The position numbers and the translations under genes are program-made. Shown one piece after another: positions 8,749-17,738 of a stretch of 64,000 bases of DNA. The number at the start of each line of letters is the position of its first letter. Position 1 is the stretch's first letter. Under the pieces are notes generated by a model, which was not told the DNA's origin, searched no databases, and was given only the letters and a program-made list of their open reading frames with translations. The stretch covers positions 4,820 to 68,819 of the forward strand of contig JBMNVW010000002.1 in assembly GCA_050947035.1 (NCBI GenBank). The letters run 5' to 3'. Source of the DNA: Patescibacteria group bacterium (GTDB taxonomy: Bacteria; Patescibacteriota; Microgenomatia; 0-14-0-10-38-17).

Positions 8749-10950
8749 TTATTCTGTCGGGGTGGTTTCTGGGGTTTCCTCTACCTCTTCTTCCGGAGAA
8801 ATAATTTCCTCTTCGGTCGACTCTTCTAAAACCGGCTCAGGAGGAGCAATGTCTTCTTCAGGTAAATCAACTGGTTCAAATTGGGGTTCGGGAAGAGCTT
8901 GAGGTGGTTCCAGCTGTTCGTTCACTTCTTCTTCACCTTCAACCGGCTCTTGTTGAGGCAAACGGTCTTTAATTTGTTCTAAATCTTGCTGAACTCGATC
9001 AAAATCGGCTGAACCCGGCTCAACCAAAGAAAGCACCGTTTGTAATTGCAAGGCGGCGTCAGTCCATTTTTCTTGCTGGACATAAGCGGCGGCCAAATTG
9101 TAATGAGCGTTGGCATGGTCGGGTTTTAAATTAACCGCTGTTTCAAACTGCCGCTGGGCCAACTCAAAATTACCCAAAGCAAAATAAAGCCCACCCAGCT
9201 CTACCCGTAAATTAGGATTAACCGGATCCAAGGCAATTGCTTGACTTAGTGACTCAATTGCCCATTGCTCGGCCTCTTGGGCGACACCAATAATTTGCCG
9301 ATAAACATCAGCCAGACTTGCCCAATTGTTAGACCAAAAAGGGTTAATCGCTACCGCGTTTTTGGCTTCCCTAATAGCCTGCTGAATAAGAATAGCAATT
9401 TGTTGTTGGTCTTGTTCAGTCAAATTTTCATTTTGAGAAAAAGTACCAGCTAGAGCAAGATTGGTTTGAGCATAACCAAGACGGTAAGTATCAGAATGAG
9501 GATTTTTTTCTAGGGCTTCAATCTGCCAATTATAAGCATTACCGCCTTCACCTCGATTAAAAGCGGCTACGGAACGAGCAAATAAAACATCAGCCCAAGC
9601 TGCTCGACCATACCAAAAACCAGAAAACAATAAAGCACCAGCTAAAATTATTAACAAAATATAGCGATTTATCTCTAGCTTTGGCCTAACTTCTCCTAAA
9701 CCAACCCCGCTACTCTCGTCCGACAAGCCAACCAAACTTAGCAAAACAAAGAAAACTAGCCACAGACTAATGTCAAAGGGAACAAAAAAAGCAATAACTA
9801 ACAATAGCAAAACCAAAATTTCCGGACGAGCATTTATTATCCGGTTATCAGCATCTTTAAGCTTTCGCCAAATAGATACGGCTAAGCCCGAAAAAGCCAA
9901 TAGTCCTAATAGGCCAACCTCAGTTAAAAGATTTAGATAATGTCCAAAAGAGTTAGCAAAGTAAATTGCCCAAGCCGAGGTGTTATTAACCGTTACAGGA
10001 CGAAAACGAGCGTAAGCGGTTCGAAAATTGCCCGGACCAACACCAAAAATAGCCCCAACAAAACTTTTAAAATTCTCTACGGCCACAATCCAAGCATTTT
10101 GCAAGCCAATTAAAACCGGCTCTGACTCTAGTAAGACAACCACTCCCATTACCACCCCTAAAGCCAAAATGATCAATAGGGCCAGCAAGCCGATTAGGCT
10201 GGTTAATTTAAAGTCTTTTTTTATCAATCTTAATAAGGCCAATAAAACATAAACGGCCGCCAAAACAATTAAAACAATTGTTGTTAAGATTGACCCTGTT
10301 GGCGTCCAAGTGTTAATAGAAAAAATCTCCCAAGTAAAAAACTTAGCCAAAAAGCCAGTATATTGAAAAACTGTTAACAGCGCTAAGACTACTGCCGAAG
10401 CGGTTAAGGCGCCGAACATCAATCTTTGTGTCTTTTTGGCTTCCTTGCCCTCTCCCCTAACCTGCTTAATTAACAGCATTAACAGGAAACCGGCCAAAAC
10501 GACGGCCGTTGTTTTAGAAAAAGCATTAATCCTGGCCGAAACATTGGGTTGTAAAAAAGAGGAAATAACAAAAGCCAAAACCAAAAGTAAGCCAAAAACT
10601 AAAACTTTTTTATTGTCAAAAAAAATCGTTTGGTTATTATTTTCGCTTTTACCAAGGACGACCGGCAATAAAAAAGCCACCCAACCAAGCAAAACACCCA
10701 AAATAAAAAGTATGGTCTTGGGTAAAACGTAAACACTAAATAAAGAAGGAATAAAGATGAGAGGAACTAAAAAAGTAATTAAGGCTAACCAATATTTTAA
10801 GTATTTCATTTTTGAAGAAGACTTTATCTTTGAGGCAGTTCTGGCAGACTTGACACCCAGGGTGTCATTAAGTGTTTCCCCCATTAGCTTAATACTATAA
10901 CATTTTTGATGGGGCGTCAATAATATATAAACCCAAAGCACAAAATCCAA
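8749..10950 (-). CDS. Polytopic membrane protein with an O-antigen-ligase-like (Wzy_C) domain, C-terminal TPR repeats, and an acidic proline/glutamate-rich tail.
   Basis: Multiple transmembrane segments; the motif FGHYLNLLTEVGLLGLLAF fits the Wzy_C H-N-x-x-L...E-x-G pattern; TPR-like repeats (AHYNLAAAYVQQEKWTDA) near the C-terminus. Confidence 0.6.
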   Translation of the reverse strand: MDFVLWVYILLTPHQKCYSIKLMGETLNDTLGVKSARTASKIKSSSKMKYLKYWLALITFLVPLIFIPSLFSVYVLPKTILFILGVLLGWVAFLLPVVLGKSENNNQTIFFDNKKVLVFGLLLVLAFVISSFLQPNVSARINAFSKTTAVVLAGFLLMLLIKQVRGEGKEAKKTQRLMFGALTASAVVLALLTVFQYTGFLAKFFTWEIFSINTWTPTGSILTTIVLIVLAAVYVLLALLRLIKKDFKLTSLIGLLALLIILALGVVMGVVVLLESEPVLIGLQNAWIVAVENFKSFVGAIFGVGPGNFRTAYARFRPVTVNNTSAWAIYFANSFGHYLNLLTEVGLLGLLAFSGLAVSIWRKLKDADNRIINARPEILVLLLLVIAFFVPFDISLWLVFFVLLSLVGLSDESSGVGLGEVRPKLEINRYILLIILAGALLFSGFWYGRAAWADVLFARSVAAFNRGEGGNAYNWQIEALEKNPHSDTYRLGYAQTNLALAGTFSQNENLTEQDQQQIAILIQQAIREAKNAVAINPFWSNNWASLADVYRQIIGVAQEAEQWAIESLSQAIALDPVNPNLRVELGGLYFALGNFELAQRQFETAVNLKPDHANAHYNLAAAYVQQEKWTDAALQLQTVLSLVEPGSADFDRVQQDLEQIKDRLPQQEPVEGEEEVNEQLEPPQALPEPQFEPVDLPEEDIAPPEPVLEESTEEEIISPEEEVEETPETTPTE

Positions 10951-11003
10951 AAAGAGAATTCAAAATTAAAAAAACACATCTTATGGCTTTGGTTTTCTTT
11001 TCC

Positions 11004-11171
11004 GAACGGGATTCTTCGGGAGTACCCTCAGAATGACGTCTTTTTTCGTCATCCTGGGGATCTTCTCTTCCTCGTCATCCTGAGCCCCCCACCCCCGTCA
11101 TCCTGAGCGTCAGCGAAGGATCCCGTCCGAGAAGAGTCTCCAGATTCTTCGGGAGTACCCTCAGAATGACG
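11004..11171. repeat. Cluster of MITE-like hairpin repeats (family A, terminal inverted repeats cgtcatcctgag / ctcagaatgacg), located upstream of the GIY-YIG gene.
   Basis: Copies of gattcttcgggagtaccctcagaatgacg and cgtcatcctgag(c/g) were read directly. A complete 76-bp element spans 11096-11171. Confidence 0.7.
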
Positions 11172-11203
11172 ATACGTGACAAAAATATGCTAATTTAAAT
11201 CTA

Positions 11204-11491
11204 ATGAAAGTAATCGCCACGTATATCTTAACCAATAAAAGAAATACCGTTCTCTACATCGGTGTTACCAGCGATTTAATAAAAAGAATTTGGCAACATA
11301 AAGAAAAACTAGTTGCGGGTTTTACCCGCAAATACAACATTAACAAATTAATCTATTACGAGGTTTTTGATAATATCCGAGAAGCAATAAAAAGAGAGCG
11401 ATATTTAAAAGGCAAAAAAAGGCAGTACAAAATTAATTTAATTAGAAAAAAGAACCCCAAGATGAAAGATTTGTATCCGGATTTATTGTGA
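11204..11491 (+). CDS. Small stand-alone GIY-YIG (URI-domain) nuclease family protein.
   Basis: The sequence KVIATYILTNKRNTVLYIGVTSDLIKRIWQHK...YYEVFDNIREAIKRERYLKG matches the GIY-YIG signature. The gene is bracketed on both sides by family-A repeats. Confidence 0.7.
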   Translation: MKVIATYILTNKRNTVLYIGVTSDLIKRIWQHKEKLVAGFTRKYNINKLIYYEVFDNIREAIKRERYLKGKKRQYKINLIRKKNPKMKDLYPDLL

Positions 11492-11496
11492 AAAAG

Positions 11497-11699
11497 AGAT
11501 TCTTCGGGAGTACCGTCAGAATGACGGGGTTGGTGTGTGTCATCCTGAGGCCGCTTCTAGCCTTCGTCATCCTGAGGCCGCTTCAAGCGACCGAAGGATC
11601 TCAGGGGATTCTCGGACGGGGTTCTTCGGGAGTACCCTCAGAATGACGGGGTGGAAGAACGGGACTCTTCGTCCGCCAGCTGGCAAATTCAGAATGACG
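11497..11699. repeat. Second cluster of family-A MITE-like repeats, immediately downstream of the GIY-YIG gene.
   Basis: The motifs gattcttcgggagtaccgtcagaatgacgg, cgtcatcctgaggccgcttc(t/a)ag and ttcttcgtccgccagctggcaaattcagaatgacg were read directly. Confidence 0.7.
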
Positions 11700-11747
11700 A
11701 AAGAAAAAAGCCTTAGAATAACGAGAAAATTATAATTTTTAGGTTTT

Positions 11748-12845
11748 TTATTGTAAGTAACTTAATGGATTAACATTACCCGAAGGGGTGCGAATCTCAA
11801 AATGAAGATGAGTTCCGGTAGAACGACCCGTTGATCCCATTCTACCCAAAACCTGACCCCGCAAAACCTGCTGACCATTATTAACTGCCACTGAAGAAAG
11901 GTGGGCATAAAGAGTCTTAACACCATCGCCATGATCAATAACGACATAAATTCCATAGCCTCGAGAAGGAGCAGTCCAGCCAGCATCAACTACTGTCCCA
12001 CCTCGAGAAGCAACTATCGCCGGCCCTGAAGGATCGGCAATATCAATTGCCTTATGATACCAATGATATCCTTGGGAAATTCTACCGGTAGTAGGCCAAA
12101 TATATTCTCCTTGGGCTTGAGCGATATAATCGGGAACCTGAGGAATAGTCTCTGAGGGGGTAGCTGGCGGCGACCAAGGCTTAGCCTTAGGCACCACTCC
12201 ACCAGGAACAATCAAGTCTTGGCCAACCGCTAAAGCAAAAGTCTCATCATTAATAAAAGTATTAAAAGGGAAATCAACAATGGCCTGAGGATCAACACCA
12301 TAATTTTTGGCAATTGAATAAACTGTCTCTCCCCTTTTCACTGTATGCAAAACGCCAGTCTCGGGTAAAATTTTCAAAGTCTGGCCTACCTTAACATCAT
12401 CAACCGATTTTAAATCATTAGCCCACCTAATTGTGTCCAGGGAAACATTAAATTTTTGCGCAATTGAAGAAACAGTATCGCCCTCGACAACAGTATATTC
12501 GACCACTCCGCCTCTTCGACCAGAATTATTATTTTCTACCCCCAAAACAGAAAAATTAAAGCTAGCATCTCCTAAAACGGCCCCATCCTGGCTTATTGCC
12601 TGATCAATTCTATCAGGAGAAAAAAGGGGTGAAATAGCCACTCCTAAAATAACCATTAGACCAACACCAAAATGGCTGACAGGGCGAGAGAGGCGTCCCC
12701 GCTTTCGATAAAGAAAATAGGCTCCTCGAGACTTATTTTCATCTAAAAAAGAAGTTAAGAGCAATAAGCGCTTTTTAAAAAAAACCAACCAGGCTTTTAA
12801 AAAAAGATTAAGGTTCTCTGAAAGGGATTTTTTTTGGCCAATCAC
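11748..12845 (-). CDS. LysM-domain M23-family metallopeptidase (peptidoglycan endopeptidase).
   Basis: Two LysM-like segments (YTVVEGDTVSSIAQKF, HTVKRGETVYSIAKNY) and the M23 motifs HKAIDIA...GSTGRSTGTHLHFEIR. An N-terminal transmembrane segment is present. Confidence 0.8.
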   Translation of the reverse strand: MIGQKKSLSENLNLFLKAWLVFFKKRLLLLTSFLDENKSRGAYFLYRKRGRLSRPVSHFGVGLMVILGVAISPLFSPDRIDQAISQDGAVLGDASFNFSVLGVENNNSGRRGGVVEYTVVEGDTVSSIAQKFNVSLDTIRWANDLKSVDDVKVGQTLKILPETGVLHTVKRGETVYSIAKNYGVDPQAIVDFPFNTFINDETFALAVGQDLIVPGGVVPKAKPWSPPATPSETIPQVPDYIAQAQGEYIWPTTGRISQGYHWYHKAIDIADPSGPAIVASRGGTVVDAGWTAPSRGYGIYVVIDHGDGVKTLYAHLSSVAVNNGQQVLRGQVLGRMGSTGRSTGTHLHFEIRTPSGNVNPLSYLQ

Positions 12846-12885
12846 TGCTTGACTATATTAGCAAATATGGGGCATTTGTTCAATT

Positions 12886-13007
12886 GGCGCGAACTAAAGT
12901 TCGCTACTTCAGTCTTTTGGAGTAGCGCGGTTTACTGCGCGTCCCAACTCTTCTTGAGCGTGGGCTTGGGCCCAAGGCCCATCAGCCTCGGGCTGAAAAG
13001 CCCGCTA
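12886..13007. repeat. Modular stem-loop repeat, families D and E: ggcgcgaactaaagttcgctacttcag...agtagcgcggtttactgcgcg followed by gggcccaaggcccatcagcctcgggctgaaaagcccgct.
   Basis: Near-identical copies occur at 15333-15391 and 16105-16197. A partial inverse copy lies at 24445-24468 and a variant at 17573-17614. Confidence 0.7.
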
Positions 13008-13060
13008 ATCCGGAAAATAAGGAGGGGCAAAAAAGAAACTTTAGACTTTAAATTATTGGT

Positions 13061-14269
13061 TTATTTCCCTAACTGAGAAAGAAAATCTTCATTGCTCTTA
13101 GTCTTTTTTAATTTTTCCAAAAATACCTCTGTCCTCTCCTCATCCCCTAAAAGATCAATCATCTTGCGCATGGTAACAATTTTAGGATAAATTTTTTCTC
13201 CAAATAAGAGCTCTTCTTTTCTGGTTCCTGACCGCTGAATATCAATAGCCGGGAAAACCCTTCTATCGGCCAAGCGCCGATCTAAATGAAGCTCCATATT
13301 ACCAGTCCCCTTAAATTCTTCATAAATAAGATCGTCCATTCGCGAACCGGTATCCACTAAGCAGGTACCCACCACCGTTAAGCTGCCACCATCTTCTATA
13401 TTTCTGGCCGCACCAAAATAGCGTTTAGCCGGAAAAAGAGCGGCCGGATCAAAACCACCCGATAAGGTTCTTCCCGAGGTGGGAATTGATAAATTGTAGG
13501 CTCTGGCTAATCTAGTGACTGAATCCATCAAAATAAACACATCTTTGCCCATTTCTACTAATCTTTTGGCTCGCTCCAAAGAAACTTCTGCTGCTAAAGT
13601 TTGATTTTCTGGTGGTTCATCAAAATTTGAAGCGATTACTTCTCCTCTGTCTTCGGTTACTTCTTTAACATGACGACGAATATCAGTTACTTCTTCTGGT
13701 CGTTCACCAATCAAAACCGCCATCAAATGAAAATCGGGAAAATTAGTGGCCAAACCGGTCATCATATCTTTTAAAAGCCAAGTTTTACCAGCCTTAGGGG
13801 GAGAAACAATTAAACCTCGCTGGCCATTGCCAATTGGGGCGACTAAATCAATTATTCTAGTGGAAAGAATATCTTTTTTGGTCTCCATTCTCAACCATTT
13901 ATCAGGAAAAATTGGCAACAAATCATCAAAGTGAGGCCGCTGGCCGAGATCAGATTCCTCAACCGAAACCCCATTAACCTTTTCCACTCGCAATAATCCG
14001 TAATAACGCTCTTTTTCTTTGGGTTCTCTAACTTGACCCCCCACTATATCTCCCGGCCGAAGCTTAAAACGATAGATTTGAGAAGAGGAAATATAAATGT
14101 CTTGAGAAGAAGGAACAAAATTAGGCCGCAAAAAGCCATGGTCATCATCGGCCCGAACATCCAAAATTCCCTCCTTGTAATCGGTAGGAAGATCGGCGTC
14201 AGGAATTCTCATTTTTGAGAGACCATTAGAATCTCTTTGATGCTTGTCTGGTGAAGAATTATTAGTCAT
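13061..14269 (-). CDS. rho: Transcription termination factor Rho.
   Basis: Walker A motif GLIVSPPKAGKT, the Rho RNA-binding/ATPase architecture, and a C-terminal sequence typical of Rho. Confidence 0.9.
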   Translation of the reverse strand: MTNNSSPDKHQRDSNGLSKMRIPDADLPTDYKEGILDVRADDDHGFLRPNFVPSSQDIYISSSQIYRFKLRPGDIVGGQVREPKEKERYYGLLRVEKVNGVSVEESDLGQRPHFDDLLPIFPDKWLRMETKKDILSTRIIDLVAPIGNGQRGLIVSPPKAGKTWLLKDMMTGLATNFPDFHLMAVLIGERPEEVTDIRRHVKEVTEDRGEVIASNFDEPPENQTLAAEVSLERAKRLVEMGKDVFILMDSVTRLARAYNLSIPTSGRTLSGGFDPAALFPAKRYFGAARNIEDGGSLTVVGTCLVDTGSRMDDLIYEEFKGTGNMELHLDRRLADRRVFPAIDIQRSGTRKEELLFGEKIYPKIVTMRKMIDLLGDEERTEVFLEKLKKTKSNEDFLSQLGK

Positions 14270-14492
14270 GAAAGTTAACGCTTGAATCTTATGCTAAATG
14301 CCTCCTCTTGTTTTGAAAGGAGCCGACAAATACAAACAAAAGTCAAAACAAAAAAGTCTTTAGCCTATTAGCAAAATCAAATGGGTTAAAAAATATTCAC
14401 TTTGCTTTTCGTTCGAAAAATACGGCAAAGAAAAACTAAGAAAGAAGCAACTGGCTAGTATTAAACCACCCAAAGCTTGTTTTGTCAAGAAA

Positions 14493-15263
14493 TTATTTTG
14501 ATAAATCTCCGCCAGAAAAGAGAACAAAATCAAAAAAATCCGGCAACTCCGGCCAACCCTTGATAACTTGAAGGCGCCTGGAAACATCAGACACCTGGCC
14601 TTGAGAATCAATCAAAACCCCCTGAGAAGGCAAGGCTGGTTCTCCTGCGGCAGTAAAACGAACTGAATCAGTTTGATCACTATAAAAGCGAACATTAACA
14701 AAATAGTGGCTACTACCAAGGCCACTTATAGTTAGCCCTTGACCAAAACCCTCACCACAAGAAACACCGCTTTGACCATCATAATAACGCTCGGTCTTGT
14801 ATTGTCCTCCCTCTTGATAATAAACTATCGCCTCTGCCTTTCCCAAAGACTCATCATCCCAACAAATATTTAAATTACCAGACCAAGAGATGTCATCATT
14901 AGGAAAAGCTTCACCATCAATAGTAAAATAATTAAGCCAAAAAGTGGCCGATTCACCTGGATAAAGGGTCCGAATCACCTGGCTATTGCCGGAAAGATCG
15001 GACAAGCGAACCTCAGAACTGGCCCCAATATTACCAAGAGAATCTTCGTTGAGGGTAATCGGAGCGGTACTGCCTTCCTCAATTTGCTTTAAGGCCTCTT
15101 CTATCCCTGCCTCGGCGGCCTCAAAAGCTTTGTTAGACTCGGTTTCTTTTTGAGAAATAGAAATATCAGTCGTTGTCCTGGCTACTAAAGAAAGACCGGC
15201 CGTTAAAGCCACCGATAAAACTAATAAAACCACTAAAAGGGCTTGACCAGAAGAGCGCTTCAT
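14493..15263 (-). CDS. Secreted or anchored protein with a PilX-like N-terminal hydrophobic segment; possibly a pilus-assembly or pseudopilin-associated protein.
   Basis: The N-terminus MKRSSGQALLVVLLVLSVALTAGLSLV resembles the PilX N-terminal domain. The rest of the protein is Gly/Ser-rich. Confidence 0.35.
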   Translation of the reverse strand: MKRSSGQALLVVLLVLSVALTAGLSLVARTTTDISISQKETESNKAFEAAEAGIEEALKQIEEGSTAPITLNEDSLGNIGASSEVRLSDLSGNSQVIRTLYPGESATFWLNYFTIDGEAFPNDDISWSGNLNICWDDESLGKAEAIVYYQEGGQYKTERYYDGQSGVSCGEGFGQGLTISGLGSSHYFVNVRFYSDQTDSVRFTAAGEPALPSQGVLIDSQGQVSDVSRRLQVIKGWPELPDFFDFVLFSGGDLSK

Positions 15264-15332
15264 TACCTACCAATTTATACTAACAAGAAAGGAATTGTCA
15301 AATGACAAAGAGGTGTTCCTCTTTGTCATTCT

Positions 15333-15391
15333 GGCGCGAACTAAAGTTCGCTACTTCAGTCCTCTTGAAAGTAGCGCGGTTTACCGCGCGC
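15333..15391. repeat. Family-D stem-loop repeat copy.
   Basis: The sequence ggcgcgaactaaagttcgctacttcagtcctcttgaaagtagcgcggtttaccgcgcg matches the copy at 12886-12951. Confidence 0.7.
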
Positions 15392-15561
15392 TAAAAAAGA
15401 ATACATGGGAAATTAAGGGAAAAGGACGATAGGAGAAAGGGAAGATTTTCTTTCAGGAGGAAGGTAGTGGCCTGCCCTACACACTACCTCCCACCTCGAA
15501 GAAGAAGCTTTTTATTTCTTCTTGACTTTTTAAAAATTTTTGGCTAACATTAATATACTTT

Positions 15562-15626
15562 AAGAGCATTGCTTATCGGGTTTTCCGCCATCTGGAATCG
15601 ACGACAGCGATGCTCTTATTTTTTTT
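15562..15626 (+). terminator. Candidate rho-independent terminator on the plus strand: a long hairpin (aagagcattgc...gcgatgctctt) followed by a run of nine T residues. It may end an unannotated plus-strand small RNA.
   Basis: The stem and T-run were read directly. No plus-strand ORF lies upstream of it in the 15264-15620 region. Confidence 0.4.
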
Positions 15627-15646
15627 AAAGTAATTTTTTCTTTTTA

Positions 15647-15802
15647 TTAAGCGCTTGCCTGGGAAACAAAAACTCCTCCTAATTTTACCATTTTTGCCAA
15701 CTGGCGCCTATTCCAGCCGCTTGACCTAATTGAATCCAAAATTGAACTACCAGAATTCTTCTTCTTAGTAAAAATGGCTCTTTCTTTAGGCTTTTTATCC
15801 AT
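15647..15802 (-). CDS. Candidate small basic protein of 51 aa (MDKKPKERAIFTKKKNSGSSILDSIRSSGWNRRQLAKMVKLGGVFVSQASA). It falls below the size threshold of the ORF track.
   Basis: ATG-to-TAA ORF found by manual translation of the minus strand in an otherwise gene-free 940-bp gap. Confidence 0.2.
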   Translation of the reverse strand: MDKKPKERAIFTKKKNSGSSILDSIRSSGWNRRQLAKMVKLGGVFVSQASA

Positions 15803-15979
15803 CGTCAAAAACAAGATTAGCATAGGGTTAAATCATTGTCAAGCCTATAACATTTTTAAGTCTTTAAAAGACCTAGCTTATAATTTTAACTATTAATACT
15901 TTTAGCTTTAATATCCCCTATTTTGAATAATTTTTAATTATTGTGGAAAAAAGAAGAACTGTTAAATTGTTTTTTTCTC

Positions 15980-16079
15980 CGTCATCCTGAGGTTGCTTCA
16001 AGCGACCGAAGGATCTCATTCCTCGGTTACCTTCCCGGACGGGATTCTTCGTCCGCCGGCTGGCGGACTCAGAATGACG
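15980..16079. repeat. Complete family-A MITE-like element of about 100 bp.
   Basis: Its full sequence is cgtcatcctgaggttgcttcaagcgaccgaaggatctca...ggacgggattcttcgtccgccggctggcggactcagaatgacg, with imperfect terminal inverted repeats. Confidence 0.7.
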
Positions 16080-16104
16080 AACAAAAAAGACACGAAAAAT
16101 ATAT

Positions 16105-16197
16105 GGCGCGGACTTGGGCCTAAGGCCCATCAGCCTCGGGCTGAAAAGCCCGCTACTCCAGGTTTTGGTTTTTGAAGTAGCGCAATTTATTGCGCGC
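16105..16197. repeat. Rearranged copy of the family E and D stem-loop modules.
   Basis: The module gggcctaaggcccatcagcctcgggctgaaaagcccgct is followed by the hairpins gctactcca...gaagtagc and gcgcaatttattgcgcgc. Confidence 0.65.
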
Positions 16198-16205
16198 AGT
16201 ATCCT

Positions 16206-17513
16206 CTAGGCGATTAATTTGATTGCCTCATTCAAACTAGAAGCATTTTTAGAAGAAATAATTTTCTTATAACCTAATCTTTTCGCCTCAGTAATTCGCT
16301 TTTCTTCTTGAGAAGCTGGCCTTATCTCTCCTAATAGGCCAATTTCTCCAAAGACAACCACCTCAGGTCCAATAACATTATTCTTATAAGAAGACCAAAT
16401 TGCCAAACAAGAGGCTAAATCTACTGCCGGCTCTTCACTTTTAACGCCTCCGGCAATATTTAAAATAACATCTTGGTTGTAAAGAGGAGTTTTCAAATGC
16501 TTTTGCAAAATAGCCACATGAAGTTCTAGTTTATTCCTGCTCATACCTTTAGCCAATCTCCTTGGATAGGCCATATTGGTTTTAGTTACCAAGGACTGAA
16601 CCTCTAAAATTAATGGTCTTGTCCCTTTCAAAAGAACAGTTTTGACCACCCCGGCCATCGGCTTTTGATCAGCTGATAAAAACAACTTAGCCGGATTATT
16701 AACCGGTTCCAGTCCTGAAGAAGTCATCACAAATACCCCTACTTCACCGGTGGCCCCAAAACGGTTTTTAACCGAACGTAATAATCTTAATTGTCCATGC
16801 TGATCGCCTTCAAAATAGATGACCGTGTCCACAGCATGCTCTAGCACTTTAGGACCAGCAATTGAGCCTGACTTGGTAACATGACCAACTAAAAACATGG
16901 AAATATTTTTTCTCTTGGCAAAATTAATTAAGCGAGAAGCCGATTCCCTAACCTGACCAAGAGAACCGGCCGCCCCAGTTAAATCTTGGGTGGTTAAAGT
17001 TTGGATTGAGTCAACAATAACCAGGCTATTTTTATCAAGGCTATCAAGGGTGGCTATCACCTCGTCCACATCGGTTACTGAAATTAGTCTTAAATTCTTT
17101 CCGCTAACTTTTAATCGATCGGCCCTCATCTTAATCTGTTCCGGTGATTCCTCACCACAAATACAACAAACAGGCTCAGGAGCAAAAGCCTCGGTAAGCT
17201 GTAAAAGAAGAGTTGATTTACCAATTCCGGGTTCTCCGGCTAGCAAAACTGCCGATCCGGGGACTACTCCTCCCCCCAAAACTCGATCTAGTTCGTCAAT
17301 ACCACTTTGAAGGCGATTTTTTTCTTGACTTTTGACTTGGGAAAATTGAAGAACTTTAGCTTTATTTGCTCTAGAGGACGATTTTGAGCCAGTGCTGACA
17401 AGCTGGGTTTCTTCTAGGCTATTCCACTCCCCGCAACTAGGACAACGACCCTGCCATTTAGGAGCCTGATAACCACATTGCTGACAGACAAAAGCGGTTT
17501 TGATTTTCGCCAT
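16206..17513 (-). CDS. radA: DNA repair protein RadA (Sms).
   Basis: N-terminal zinc ribbon (CQQCGYQAPKWQGRCPSCGEWNS), Walker A motif GEPGIGKST, and a C-terminal Lon-like domain. Confidence 0.9.
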   Translation of the reverse strand: MAKIKTAFVCQQCGYQAPKWQGRCPSCGEWNSLEETQLVSTGSKSSSRANKAKVLQFSQVKSQEKNRLQSGIDELDRVLGGGVVPGSAVLLAGEPGIGKSTLLLQLTEAFAPEPVCCICGEESPEQIKMRADRLKVSGKNLRLISVTDVDEVIATLDSLDKNSLVIVDSIQTLTTQDLTGAAGSLGQVRESASRLINFAKRKNISMFLVGHVTKSGSIAGPKVLEHAVDTVIYFEGDQHGQLRLLRSVKNRFGATGEVGVFVMTSSGLEPVNNPAKLFLSADQKPMAGVVKTVLLKGTRPLILEVQSLVTKTNMAYPRRLAKGMSRNKLELHVAILQKHLKTPLYNQDVILNIAGGVKSEEPAVDLASCLAIWSSYKNNVIGPEVVVFGEIGLLGEIRPASQEEKRITEAKRLGYKKIISSKNASSLNEAIKLIA

Positions 17514-17738
17514 AACTCTATTTTAACAAAAAGGAAGTACAGATATATAGATAAATCAGTAACTTGCCTTTTGGACTAACGAGGCTTTCAGCGCAGACTA
17601 AAGTCTGCTAGTCCAATTGTTTTTTGGAATTTACGATTTGGGATTTGGAGTTTGAGATTTATTTAGTAATTAGATCAATTAAAATAATTAGATTATTTCA
17701 ATCCTTTATACTAAATACTAGATACTAGCTTCTAAATA

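Noticed and set aside
11535-11735. 66-aa ORF (MCHPEAASSLRHPEAASSDRR...) and the ORFs 15918..16130, 15941..16123 and 15993..16175.
   Set aside because: They are translated straight through the family A and E repeat copies. Repetitive low-complexity peptides, not genes.
12834-14611. Small plus-strand ORFs 12834..13076, 13746..13934 and 14033..14218, and the minus-strand 14360..14611.
   Set aside because: They are antisense to or overlapping rho and the D/E repeats, or they overlap the PilX-like gene end. No motifs; spurious.
10980-16200. Possible CRISPR array among the cgtcatcctgag / ctcagaatgacg repeat clusters.
   Set aside because: The repeats are inverted (hairpin-forming), of unequal spacing, with variable internal sequence. 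No regular repeat-spacer periodicity and no cas genes are present. They are MITE/REP-like instead.
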